Shown here: positions 53,438 to 62,878 of the stretch, piece after piece
Layout of the letters: every line of letters begins with the position of its first letter
Position numbering within the stretch: the stretch's first letter is position 1
The notes under the pieces: generated by a model
Told to the model about the DNA's origin: nothing
The model's input: the letters and a program-made list of their open reading frames with translations, nothing else
Databases searched by the model: none
NCBI GenBank assembly: GCA_965219455.1
Contig: OZ244744.1
Span: 3,808,001-3,872,000 of the forward strand
DNA from: Candidatus Latescibacterota bacterium
Lineage (GTDB): Bacteria; Latescibacterota; UBA2968; GCA-2709665
Direction of reading: 5' to 3'
DNA length: 64,000 nucleotides
Translations under genes and position numbers: made by a program

Positions 53438-55738
53438 ATGTCGCTTGCCAACCTGTCACCTCTGGCCCACAGCGCCCGAAGGGGCTCGCCAGAGCAGAGC
53501 TACCATGACCATGTGACCAATGTGCGCCGCTTCGCAACCAAGTTTGCTCGCGAAGCGGCGGCATATTCGGAAGGCTGTCGGGAACTCTTTCAAGCTGTGG
53601 TGGAGTTAGTAGCCACTTATCACGACCTTGGTAAGTTGGACGAGATCTTCCAAGACATTCTGCACCGCAACCGCCCCAATAACGAAGGCTTCAATCACGT
53701 CGAAGCAGGCACGGCGTATCTCAAGAAGCTAAAGCAGGGCGAGGCGGCGCTGTGCTGTTTTGCCCACCACATTGGCCTGCCGTCCCTGCCGAAAGAGAAA
53801 GCGAGGGGTGACGGACGGCTGTTTTTGCGTGACGAAAAAGAGTTAAACGTCATCGGGGTTCGGTCTTGGGAACGGACAGACGAACTGCTCGATGGCTATC
53901 TCGCCCAACACCACTCCCTTTTTGATCCGCAGTCAGCCGGTGTTTCTGTCAAGTTCACCGGCTTAGTCCGCCGCCTGGCTTTATCGTGTCTGGTGGATGG
54001 AGACCATAGTGATACCGCGCAGCACTACCAAGAAGAACGTGAACTGGACGGCCTTCCACTTAAGGCCGCTGATCGTTTGCAGGCCTTGGACCGCTACGTA
54101 GAAAACCTCAAGAGTGATCAGACCAACAAGTCCCAAAGAGAAAAGGATCGGCTTCGTTTGCGTCAGAGCATTTATAAGGCGTGCCGTAACAGGACACTTG
54201 AATCCACTGAACGATTTGTCGCCTGTGATAGTCCGGTAGGTACCGGCAAGACCACCGCCGTAATGGCTCATCTGCTGCGCGTCGCTTCCGAACGCGGTCT
54301 GCGCCGAGTGTTCGTAGTTCTTCCATTCACCAATATCATTGATCAGTCCGTTGAAACTTATCGTAGAGCATTGGTGCTGCCTGGTGAAGATCCTGAAGCG
54401 GTGGTCGCCGCTCACCATCACCGTGTTGAGTTTAGTGGTGAGAAATGGAGAGATTTGCGGCAACTGGCTCAGCGCTGGGAAGCACCTGTCGTAGTGACTA
54501 CAGCAGTGCAGTTTTTCGAGACGCTGGCCTCTAATCGGACGATCGGACTCCGAAAACTCCATCAAGTGCCGGGCTCAGCCATCTTCGTAGACGAAGCACA
54601 CGCGGCCATGCCGGCACCGCTGTGGCCTCAGCACTGGCGCTGGTTGAAGGAACTTTGCGATGACTGGAATTCCCACCTCGTTTTCGCCAGTGGTTCACTG
54701 TCGCGTTTCTGGGCATTGGAGGACTTCGTTCCAGTTGAGCAACAGAGTCCCGTTCCTGAACTCCTTACTGGGAAATTGAATGAGCAAGCCCACGCCTTCG
54801 AAGCCAGACGGATTTATCTCAAGAGCCGGGATGATCTGTTGGGTCTGACAGCATTGGCGGATTTTATCGTTGAAAAACCGGGACCTCGATTGGTAATCCT
54901 GAACACCGTGCAATCCGCCGCTATCCTAGCCAAACACCTATGGGATCAATTCTATCCCGGTTGTGGCTGGGCAGGCGAGACGGACTCAAGAGTAGAGCAC
55001 ATCTCAACGGCAATTTGTCCCGCACATCGTGCAGTGATTATCTCCCGAATTAAACAGCGTCTCCGAAACAGATGGGATAACGACTGGACTTTAGTCGCCA
55101 CCAGTTGCGTTGAGGCAGGAGTAGATTTCTCGTTTCGCACCGCCTTTCGTGAACGCTGCAGCTTGACGAGCCTTCTCCAAATAGCCGGACGGGTCAGTCG
55201 CAGTGGCGAATATTCTAAAGCTGAGGTGTGGGATTTTCGACATGACGAATCTGGTTTTCTGAATTTGCATCCCAACTACAAAAGTTCGCGTAGGGTATTT
55301 GCTGACCTATTCGAAGAGTACGGTGAGGATCTTGGCCCTCAGCACTGCACCGAAGCCTTACGTCGAGAAGTCAATTCAGGTTTTGGGAAAACAGAGAACA
55401 TGGCTCGGCAAATCGTTGCCGCTGAGAAAAGTGAAGATTATCCCCAAGTTGCCCAAGACTGCCGGATTATCACAGCGGACACGTGCACGGTGCTTGTCAG
55501 TCAGGAATTGATTAATCGGTTTCAAACAAGAGATCCTAAACAATTTCCGTCGCCCCGCGAAGTCATGAATTATAGTGTGCAGGTGTGGCAAAATAAACTG
55601 AACGAACTACCAGTCACCCAACTACTGGATTTTGAATTAGTTGGCATCCAACCCAACTGCTACAACGGCTTCCTGGGTTACATGCGAGGATTGCTTCCCC
55701 TGTTAAAAGCGCAGCATGATGGAGGAATCGTCTTGTGA
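53438..55738 (+). CDS. cas3: Cas3 HD nuclease-helicase
   Basis: LAHS, HDLGK, HH, PVGTGKT, DEAH, VEAGVD, QIAGRVSR. Confidence 0.95.
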   Translation: MSLANLSPLAHSARRGSPEQSYHDHVTNVRRFATKFAREAAAYSEGCRELFQAVVELVATYHDLGKLDEIFQDILHRNRPNNEGFNHVEAGTAYLKKLKQGEAALCCFAHHIGLPSLPKEKARGDGRLFLRDEKELNVIGVRSWERTDELLDGYLAQHHSLFDPQSAGVSVKFTGLVRRLALSCLVDGDHSDTAQHYQEERELDGLPLKAADRLQALDRYVENLKSDQTNKSQREKDRLRLRQSIYKACRNRTLESTERFVACDSPVGTGKTTAVMAHLLRVASERGLRRVFVVLPFTNIIDQSVETYRRALVLPGEDPEAVVAAHHHRVEFSGEKWRDLRQLAQRWEAPVVVTTAVQFFETLASNRTIGLRKLHQVPGSAIFVDEAHAAMPAPLWPQHWRWLKELCDDWNSHLVFASGSLSRFWALEDFVPVEQQSPVPELLTGKLNEQAHAFEARRIYLKSRDDLLGLTALADFIVEKPGPRLVILNTVQSAAILAKHLWDQFYPGCGWAGETDSRVEHISTAICPAHRAVIISRIKQRLRNRWDNDWTLVATSCVEAGVDFSFRTAFRERCSLTSLLQIAGRVSRSGEYSKAEVWDFRHDESGFLNLHPNYKSSRRVFADLFEEYGEDLGPQHCTEALRREVNSGFGKTENMARQIVAAEKSEDYPQVAQDCRIITADTCTVLVSQELINRFQTRDPKQFPSPREVMNYSVQVWQNKLNELPVTQLLDFELVGIQPNCYNGFLGYMRGLLPLLKAQHDGGIVL

Positions 55739-56388
55739 CACCAGATCAAAACTGCAAGGCTCAAACTGTGAGTCCTCCCGACCCCATCCCTCTCTCACTC
55801 CTCAACGACTTCCTATATTGCCAGCGCCGGGCGGCACTGAAGGCGATTGAGGGGTGGCGCGGGACCAACGAGCATACCGTGGTCGGCGACAGCGTCCACC
55901 AGCGGGCTGACGATTCCAGTTACGAGACCGTCAAGGGCGTGACACTATTGCGCGCCCTACCCGTCTGGTCGGATCGTCTCGGGCTCAGTGGCAGATGCGA
56001 CATTGTCGAGCGGCATCCCGATGGTTCGTTAGTTCCAATAGAATATAAAAAGGGCAAACGTCGCAAATTTGATAACGACGACGCGCAGCTGTGCGCGCAA
56101 GCCTTGTGCTTGGAAGAGATGTTTGGGCTCGAGGTCCCACGAGGGGCTATCTTCCACGCCCGGAGCAAGCGCCGGAGGGAGGTTGAATTCACAGGGGACC
56201 TGCGTCGGCTCACGGTAGAGGCAATTCAGGCGGTACACCGGCTGATCGAGGAAAATGAAGTCCCACGGGCCGTCTATAAACCTCAATGTACAGAGTGCTC
56301 GCTGTTTGACTATTGTCTACCTGAAATTACCAGCGTTCCGCCCACTCTCGCGCAGGCGGCTCGGGAGGTGTTTGACACAACAGGCTAA
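55735..56388 (+). CDS. cas4: Cas4
   Basis: YCQRR, GRCDIVE, PIEYKKG, QLCAQALCLEEM, CxxCSLxxxC. Confidence 0.95.
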   Translation: MTPDQNCKAQTVSPPDPIPLSLLNDFLYCQRRAALKAIEGWRGTNEHTVVGDSVHQRADDSSYETVKGVTLLRALPVWSDRLGLSGRCDIVERHPDGSLVPIEYKKGKRRKFDNDDAQLCAQALCLEEMFGLEVPRGAIFHARSKRRREVEFTGDLRRLTVEAIQAVHRLIEENEVPRAVYKPQCTECSLFDYCLPEITSVPPTLAQAAREVFDTTG

Positions 56389-56430
56389 ATTCGCCCGGCT
56401 GTTGCGGGCCGAGGGGCTCAGTCGCAAATC

Positions 56431-57492
56431 ATGGCCATTATTCAGAACACCCTTTATCTGACGACCTCTGGCACCGTAGTACACAGGGATCATCTGACGC
56501 TTCGGGTCGAGATCGAAAAACAAACCCGATTGACTGTGCCGATTCACCACCTGGAGAGTATCTGTGCATTCGGGAGGGTCGTCGTTACGCCTTCCGCAAT
56601 GGCCTTATGCTGGCGACACCAGGTGGCGGTTCATTTTCATACCGAAAACGGGTACCTGTTGGCGCAGGTACTGGGCAGCGGAGACACCCGCTATCTGTTG
56701 CGTCGAGCACAGTACGCGGCGGCGGACAATCCGGAGGAAGCATCCCGGATTGCCCGCCAGTTCGTTGCTGGGAAATTGCAGAACTCGCGCACCAATTTGC
56801 AGCGGTCCGGCCGCGAGGCCGATACGGATTCGGATCGCGCGGAATTGGCCAGAGCGGCGAGTGAGCTGGCGCGGCTGATCCAGCAACTGGGAAATGCCGA
56901 ACCTTTGCCCCAAGATTCTGGGCTTCGGGAAGCGATTGACCCCATCAGAGGAATGGAGGGTCTCGGCGCCAGGGTATATTTCTCAGCGTTCCAGTATATG
57001 CTGAAACAGCAGCGGGACGACTTCAGGTTCTTGAATCGCTCTCGCCGTCCTCCTCGTGACCGCGTGAACTGCCTGCTGTCCTTCATTTACGCACTGGTGC
57101 GCCACGACTGTTTGGCGGCGTTAACGACCGCCGGATTGGATCCATTCGTCGGATGGCTCCACGCCACGCGGGCTGGAAGACCGGCGTGCGCATTGGATCT
57201 GATGGAAGAATTCCGGCCCTGTTTGGCTGAGCGTCTGGCGTTGACCCTGATCAATCGGCGACAGATTGAGCCAGGGCACTTTCGCGAACGAGAAGGCGGC
57301 GCCGTGGAATTTACCGACCGTGGCAGGAAGGAAGTGATTCAGGCCTGGCAGCGGCGCAAGCAGGCCGAGATAAAGCATGCCCTGTTTAAGGAAAATGTCC
57401 GTCTGGGACAGGTGTTCAGCATTCAAGCCCGGTTGCTCGCGAGGTACCTTCGCGGCGATATTCCCGACTATATTCCGTATATACCAAAGTAA
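56431..57492 (+). CDS. cas1: Cas1 (I-C)
   Basis: NTLYL, RGMEG, RSRRPPRDRVNCLLSF, LDLMEEFRP. Confidence 0.96.
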   Translation: MAIIQNTLYLTTSGTVVHRDHLTLRVEIEKQTRLTVPIHHLESICAFGRVVVTPSAMALCWRHQVAVHFHTENGYLLAQVLGSGDTRYLLRRAQYAAADNPEEASRIARQFVAGKLQNSRTNLQRSGREADTDSDRAELARAASELARLIQQLGNAEPLPQDSGLREAIDPIRGMEGLGARVYFSAFQYMLKQQRDDFRFLNRSRRPPRDRVNCLLSFIYALVRHDCLAALTTAGLDPFVGWLHATRAGRPACALDLMEEFRPCLAERLALTLINRRQIEPGHFREREGGAVEFTDRGRKEVIQAWQRRKQAEIKHALFKENVRLGQVFSIQARLLARYLRGDIPDYIPYIPK

Positions 57493-57530
57493 CGCAGTGT
57501 GTCCACTTTTTGTTGTTTGAGGAGAGCGGA

Positions 57531-57818
57531 TTGAAACTGATCGCGTACGACGTTTCGACAATTGACCGGGCGGGACAAAAACGACTACGCCGCGTGGCGA
57601 GGGCCTGCAAGGATTTTGGAGTTCGTGTACAAAAATCGCTGTTTGAATGCCAGGTTGGTAAAACGGAATGGGCGGTACTTCGAGATCGTCTACTGACGGA
57701 AATCGACCATGAGTACGACTCCCTTCGAATCTATCACCTCGATGAAGACACCGGAAAGGAGACCGAGCATCACGGAATCAGCGAACCAGTGGACCTGTCC
57801 GGTCCGCTTGTCCTGTAG
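57531..57818 (+). CDS. cas2: Cas2 (TTG start)
   Basis: SD GAGGAG; LIAYDVST..RLRRVARAC..RVQKSLFEC..DSLRIY. Confidence 0.92.
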   Translation: MKLIAYDVSTIDRAGQKRLRRVARACKDFGVRVQKSLFECQVGKTEWAVLRDRLLTEIDHEYDSLRIYHLDEDTGKETEHHGISEPVDLSGPLVL

Positions 57819-57998
57819 CTTGCGCGAACGTCAAGTGACGGAAATCTGCTGGTCTGTTCGCGCAAAGGGAAACCGTTTGTCTGACAACAGGTTGTCGAGT
57901 TTATCGACGGGTGGGTCAGCAATTCTACTCGTCTTTTTGATAGAATCGCGCATTCGGTTGTATAAACTGTTGTCTTTGTGCTGGTTGTAGCAACCAGC
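57819..57998 (+). promoter_or_regulatory. CRISPR leader
   Basis: gcgcgaac...gttcgcgc inverted motif after cas2; AT-rich run up to the first repeat. Confidence 0.75.
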
Positions 57999-58912
57999 AT
58001 CTCCCCTCACTCCGGTGGGGGGAGCGGATTGAAACTAAAATCCCACGTGCTGACAGTTGATAGCCCGCCGTATCTCCCCTCACTCCGGTGGGGGGAGCGG
58101 ATTGAAACGTTCGCCCGGACGCCGTCCCGGAAAAGGGGTGGCGCAATCTCCCCTCACTCCGGTGGGGGGAGCGGATTGAAACGCCTTCAAGTCCACGGGC
58201 GTTTCATTTACCGCCTGGCCGATCTCCCCTCACTCCGGTGGGGGGAGCGGATTGAAACCTCGAAGATGGCGAACTTCGCGTGATTATTCAGCGATCTCCC
58301 CTCACTCCGGTGGGGGGAGCGGATTGAAACATCCGACGTATGGGCCAGGCATTTCGCCGGAACTCGATCTCCCCTCACTCCGGTGGGGGGAGCGGATTGA
58401 AACATCAGGAATTGGCTGATCCCGTCTATGTCGGCTCTGGATCTCCCCTCACTCCGGTGGGGGGAGCGGATTGAAACCCGGAGCGTAAGGCTGTCAGACC
58501 TTCAAATGCCGATCTCCCCTCACTCCGGTGGGGGGAGCGGATTGAAACGGCGCTGCGATCGAGATTCAGAAAACGGTCAAGAATCTCCCCTCACTCCGGT
58601 GGGGGGAGCGGATTGAAACAGACAAAGAGCGACGCAGAAGGCCGAAAATCCCTGCATCTCCCCTCACTCCGGTGGGGGGAGCGGATTGAAACACTTTCGC
58701 TTTTCCGCAGGCTGACTGCACCACGTGCATCTCCCCTCACTCCGGTGGGGGGAGCGGATTGAAACTGACTTACAATGCCGCAAACCGTGATTATTCTTCG
58801 ATCTCCCCTCACTCCGGTGGGGGGAGCGGATTGAAACGTGGAAGACCGATTATGCCGAGATGGCCAAGAAGACAGATCTCCCCTCACTCCGGTGGGGGGA
58901 GCGGATTGAAAC
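57999..58912 (+). CRISPR. CRISPR array A: 13 identical 37-bp repeats, 12 spacers of 34-39 bp
   Basis: ATCTCCCCTCACTCCGGTGGGGGGAGCGGATTGAAAC at 57999, 58072, 58146, 58222, 58294, 58367, 58441, 58512, 58583, 58656, 58729, 58801, 58876. Confidence 0.98.
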
Positions 58913-58943
58913 CGGGCGGTAGCCACGTCCCATCAAGTTTGAG

Positions 58944-58975
58944 GTCGCTCTCCGTGAGGGAGCGTGAATTGAAAC
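58944..58975 (+). CRISPR. Single 32-bp repeat of the canonical I-C type (family B)
   Basis: GTCGCTCTCCGTGAGGGAGCGTGAATTGAAAC, with 31- and 37-bp spacers on either side. Confidence 0.75.
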
Positions 58976-59012
58976 TCGCACCTCTCGCGCAGTTCGAGAA
59001 AGTCGCCAACGA

Positions 59013-59121
59013 CCCCGCGGAATACTCCCATCAGAACAAGGATTGAAACCGTAGCGCGGTCTCGCTGCCTGTCATGCTGCCGAGCCCGGTGAGAATCTTC
59101 CATCGGAACAAGGATTGAAAC
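59013..59121 (+). CRISPR. Two 37-bp family C repeats with a 35-bp spacer
   Basis: ccccgcggaatactcccatcagaacaaggattgaaac and cccggtgagaatcttccatcggaacaaggattgaaac. Confidence 0.8.
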
Positions 59122-59178
59122 TCCACCACTCCGCGTCCCGCGCGGCCACACCCACCCCAGCCCAGGAGCCCGAACCCG

Positions 59179-60660
59179 ATGGGCGCGATGGAACGCCTCA
59201 CAGCAGACATCCAGGCGCTGCCGCTCGACATCGGGCGGATCATCGTCGGCGGGGTCCTGTTTGTCTACTTCCTCAACACGCTCAGGCAGGCGCCCGACTT
59301 CAGCGATCCCGACGGCTTGATCGACCACTGCCTGGTGTGCCGGCTCTTCCCTCCCACCCGCGTGAGCCTCTTTCAGCCGGGGATGCCGGGGGTGCTGTTC
59401 CGCGGCGTCTTCGTCTGCGCGTGCGGGGCGGCGCTCATGGTGGTCGCGGGCTTCCATCCGCGCGCAGCCGGAGCGTTCCTCTTCCTGTCGGCGTTGTCCG
59501 CCCTGCGCTGGAACGTGCTGGCCAGCTACCTCGACGACGCCATGATCCACATCTTCTGCCTGTGGATCGTGCTGCTGCCGGTGGGGAGTACGCTGAACGT
59601 GCCGGATCTGATCGCGGGGGGTTGGGGAAGCGCAACCACCGACACCTGGATCTCAGCGACCGTCCCCGGGGCCGCCCCCCGCGCCTTCATCGCCAACATG
59701 GCGCTCATCTATATCGTCGCCGGACTATACAAGTTCACAAGCCCGATGTGGCGCGACGGCTCCGCGATGCACTCCGCGCTCCGCATGCCAATCGCGCACG
59801 CGCCAGACTTCTGGACGTTGCGGTGGCGCACCCCGCTCCGTCTGGTAACCTGGGCCGCGCTGATCCTGGAGCCCCTCTTAGCGCTCATCTTCGTGCTGCC
59901 GCCAGGCTCGGCGCTCAAGTGGCTGCTGGTCGCGGGGGCCATCGTCTTCCACCTCGGGATCGCGTTTACGCTCAAGATCCCGTACTCCAACTCGGCGATG
60001 CTCGCCGCAATCCCGCTCGCCCTCGCGCCCGAGATCATGCAGGGCTGGCTGGGGCCGCCGCCGCTGGAGGGGGCTGTCGTGACGGCCGGCAATGCCGCCG
60101 CCGCTAACGACGGCCCCGGCCCCGCCGGCTGGATCGCCCTCACCCTCGTTGCGCTGATCGTGATCCAGGTCGTCTGGGAGGCCGTCAACACCGGTCGCCG
60201 GCTCCGCCCCCGCTATTCGTCGAGCGGCTGGGACAACCCGGTCCGCGCCCTCCTCTGGATGGCCGGCATCTTCCAGAGCTACCGCCTCTTCGACTGGGTC
60301 GACGAACGCAACCATCACGTGCGCTTCGAGGTCACGCGGGTGGGGCCGGGCACCCCCCTCAATCCCGACGCCATCTTCCCCCAGACCATGCGTCACCTCC
60401 TTCTCCAGTCGTACCTTGTCGGCAACATCTGGATGCGGATGAGCCCCGACCAACTCGAGCAGGTCCGCCGCTCGATCCTCATCCGGCACGCCCGCCGCTA
60501 CGCCCGCACGCACCCTGACGCGGGCACGATCGAAGCGGTCGCGATCGTGCAGCGGGTCACCGACGAGAACCTCGAGCTCACCCGCGGGGAGCGGCGGCCC
60601 ATGATGCGCTTCACCTGCCGGGGGGGCAGCGCCGTCATGCATCATCCACGAGAGGAATAG
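59179..60660 (+). CDS. HTTM-domain (SdpB/gamma-carboxylase-like) membrane protein
   Basis: FSDPDGL, LIYIVAGLYKFTSPMWRDGSA, VFHLGIA; many TM helices; soluble C-terminal domain. Confidence 0.75.
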   Translation: MGAMERLTADIQALPLDIGRIIVGGVLFVYFLNTLRQAPDFSDPDGLIDHCLVCRLFPPTRVSLFQPGMPGVLFRGVFVCACGAALMVVAGFHPRAAGAFLFLSALSALRWNVLASYLDDAMIHIFCLWIVLLPVGSTLNVPDLIAGGWGSATTDTWISATVPGAAPRAFIANMALIYIVAGLYKFTSPMWRDGSAMHSALRMPIAHAPDFWTLRWRTPLRLVTWAALILEPLLALIFVLPPGSALKWLLVAGAIVFHLGIAFTLKIPYSNSAMLAAIPLALAPEIMQGWLGPPPLEGAVVTAGNAAAANDGPGPAGWIALTLVALIVIQVVWEAVNTGRRLRPRYSSSGWDNPVRALLWMAGIFQSYRLFDWVDERNHHVRFEVTRVGPGTPLNPDAIFPQTMRHLLLQSYLVGNIWMRMSPDQLEQVRRSILIRHARRYARTHPDAGTIEAVAIVQRVTDENLELTRGERRPMMRFTCRGGSAVMHHPREE

Positions 60661-60669
60661 GGGGCGGCC

Positions 60670-62568
60670 ATGTGCGGCATTGCAGCGATCCTGTCCCGCA
60701 ACGGGCCCGTCGACGCGGGAGCCCTCCGCCGCGCCACCGGGGCCTTGCGGCATCGTGGGCCGGACGCGGAGCGTACCTGGGTTTCTCCGAGCGGCAGGAT
60801 CGGGCTGGGTCACCGGCTCCTCGTGATCAACGACCCCGAGGGCCACCAGCCGATCGCGAGCGAGGACGGGCGGCTGCACATCGTCGTCAACGGCCAGTTC
60901 TACGACTTCGCGCGCATCCGTACGTCACTCGAAGCCCGGGGGCACCGTTTCCGCACCCGCTCCGACAGCGAGATCGCGCTGCACCTCTACGAGGACCACG
61001 GCGCAGCGTGCCTGGAGCACCTGCGCGGCCAGTTTGCCTTCGTGGTCTGGGACGAGGAGACCGGCAACCTCTTCGCGGCGCGCGACCGCTTCGGCCTCAA
61101 GCCGCTCTTCTACACCGAACACGACGGTGCGCTCTACCTCGCGTCCGAGGCGAAGGCACTCTTCGCGGCGGGGGTGCCCCGCGCGTGGGACACCCAGGGC
61201 GTGTATCACTGGCTGCTCGCCTGCCCGGATGAGCGGCGGTCGCTCTTCGACGGGATCCGGCAGGTGCCGCCCGGGCACTTGATGAGGGCCAGTAACGGAT
61301 CAGTGCGGCTGCAGGGCTACTGGGACCTGCCGGCGTCGCCGCCGGGGGGGCGAGATGCCCCCGACTTCCCCCGCGCCGTCGAGCACGCCCGCGAACTCAC
61401 CGAGGAGGCGATCCGGCTGCGCATGGTAGCCGGGGTCCCCGTCGGCTGCCTGATCAGCGGCGGCCTCGATTCCTCTTCCGTCCTGGCCGTGGCGGCCACC
61501 TGCACGGACCGCCCGGTCGCCGCCTTCACGGTCGGGTTCGAGCGGCGCGAATTCGACGAGAGCCCGGGGGCACGGGAAGCGGCCGCCGCCGCCAACGCCG
61601 ACCACACCGTCGTCACGCTCAGCGACGCCGACCTGGCCGATCACTTCGCCGACGCCGTGTGGCACGCCGAGACGCTTCAGTTCAACACCCACGGCGCGGC
61701 GCGCTACCTGCTGAGCCGGGGCGTGCGCGACGCAGGCTACCGCTCGGTCCTCGCAGGCGAGGGCGCCGACGAGGCCTTCTTCGGCTACGAGTTCCTGCTC
61801 GCGGCGGCTGGTGCATCCCGCGGCGGATTCGGTCCGCGCAAGCTGCTGCGCATCCTGTCGGGATTCCTGCGCTCCCCCCGGCGCCACCACCCTACCCTGG
61901 CCGCCGTCTCCCCCTGGCTCGCCCGCCTCGCCCTCCTCCTCCCGGCGGCCCCCTCGCTCTTTACGCGGCTCTCGGGTGGACTCGGCCTCATCCAGTCGGT
62001 CTGCTCACGCGACTTCCTGCACCGCTTCGACGGCTACGACCCCTACCGCACCTATTACCTCCGCTGCAAGGAGGCCGCCGCCATCTCCCGGCGCGAACCG
62101 GCCCGGCAGCTCCTCTACCTCTGGCTGCACTCGATCTTCGCCAACTACCACATGGCCGCCGACCGGCTCGACATGGCGCACGGCGTCGAAGTCCGCCTCC
62201 CCTTCCTCGACCACCACCTCTTCGAGCACCTGAACCGCCTCCCGCTCGCCCTCCTCACCGACCATCCCCGCGAAAAGCACCTCCTGCGCGAGGCCATGCG
62301 CCCCCACATCCCGGACTCGGTGTACGGGGCGGTGAAGCGACCGTTCATGGCGCCATCGGCGGTTGGGGTGGACGGGCCGCTGCACGATTTTCTGCAGGAC
62401 ACGTTGCGGGGGGAGGGGCTGCGGGCCGTGCCGTTCGTGGATGCGGCGGCGGTGGGGGGCGTGCTGGACGGGCTGCCGCAGGTGGGTGAGCGGGAGCGCG
62501 GGTCGGTGGATTCGCTGCTGTTGATGCTGGCTTCAGTGGCGGTGTTGCAGGAGCGGTGGGGGTTGTAA
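60670..62568 (+). CDS. asnB: Asparagine synthase (glutamine-hydrolysing)-like amidotransferase
   Basis: MCGI, HRGPD, ARDRFGLKPL, SGGLDSS, GEGADE, EVRLPFLD. Confidence 0.92.
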   Translation: MCGIAAILSRNGPVDAGALRRATGALRHRGPDAERTWVSPSGRIGLGHRLLVINDPEGHQPIASEDGRLHIVVNGQFYDFARIRTSLEARGHRFRTRSDSEIALHLYEDHGAACLEHLRGQFAFVVWDEETGNLFAARDRFGLKPLFYTEHDGALYLASEAKALFAAGVPRAWDTQGVYHWLLACPDERRSLFDGIRQVPPGHLMRASNGSVRLQGYWDLPASPPGGRDAPDFPRAVEHARELTEEAIRLRMVAGVPVGCLISGGLDSSSVLAVAATCTDRPVAAFTVGFERREFDESPGAREAAAAANADHTVVTLSDADLADHFADAVWHAETLQFNTHGAARYLLSRGVRDAGYRSVLAGEGADEAFFGYEFLLAAAGASRGGFGPRKLLRILSGFLRSPRRHHPTLAAVSPWLARLALLLPAAPSLFTRLSGGLGLIQSVCSRDFLHRFDGYDPYRTYYLRCKEAAAISRREPARQLLYLWLHSIFANYHMAADRLDMAHGVEVRLPFLDHHLFEHLNRLPLALLTDHPREKHLLREAMRPHIPDSVYGAVKRPFMAPSAVGVDGPLHDFLQDTLRGEGLRAVPFVDAAAVGGVLDGLPQVGERERGSVDSLLLMLASVAVLQERWGL

Positions 62569-62657
62569 GGGATCGCTTGGTGGGCCAAAATGTAAGACAG
62601 ACCTTACAGAATGTCGTGTTTGTTGTACATGTCGCTTGCGTCCGACGCTGGACGACT

Positions 62658-62678
62658 TAACATAAGCAGCTTATGTTA
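62658..62678. promoter_or_regulatory. Perfect palindrome (operator-like) before a small ORF
   Basis: TAACATAAGC-A-GCTTATGTTA. Confidence 0.55.
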
Positions 62679-62683
62679 TTGAC

Positions 62684-62878
62684 ATGGACAACACAATCCG
62701 AAGTTATCTCGCCGAAATCGGTCGGAGAGGCGGCAGGAAGAGTCGTCGCACTCTGGACCCGGAGACCGCCAGGGCCATGGTCCGCGTCCGCGAGGCCCGG
62801 CGGGCGTATCGCAAGTACAACGCCACATGTTTCTGGTCCTACCGCAAGGATCTGAGTATCGGCCTGACCGATGTGCCT
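62684..62878 (+). pseudogene. Small basic protein truncated at a CRISPR repeat
   Basis: YLAEIGRRGGRKSRR...CFWSY..DVP, then the frame runs into repeat C and IS21. Confidence 0.55.

Noticed and set aside
57999-58912. Self-targeting or duplicated spacers
   Set aside because: None was noticed by eye within the window; an alignment is needed to exclude them.
57925-59046. Short ORFs across the CRISPR array
   Set aside because: These are translations of repeat-spacer units.
59179-62568. Lasso-peptide cluster
   Set aside because: The AsnB retains its N-terminal Cys glutaminase domain, and no B protein or precursor was seen.
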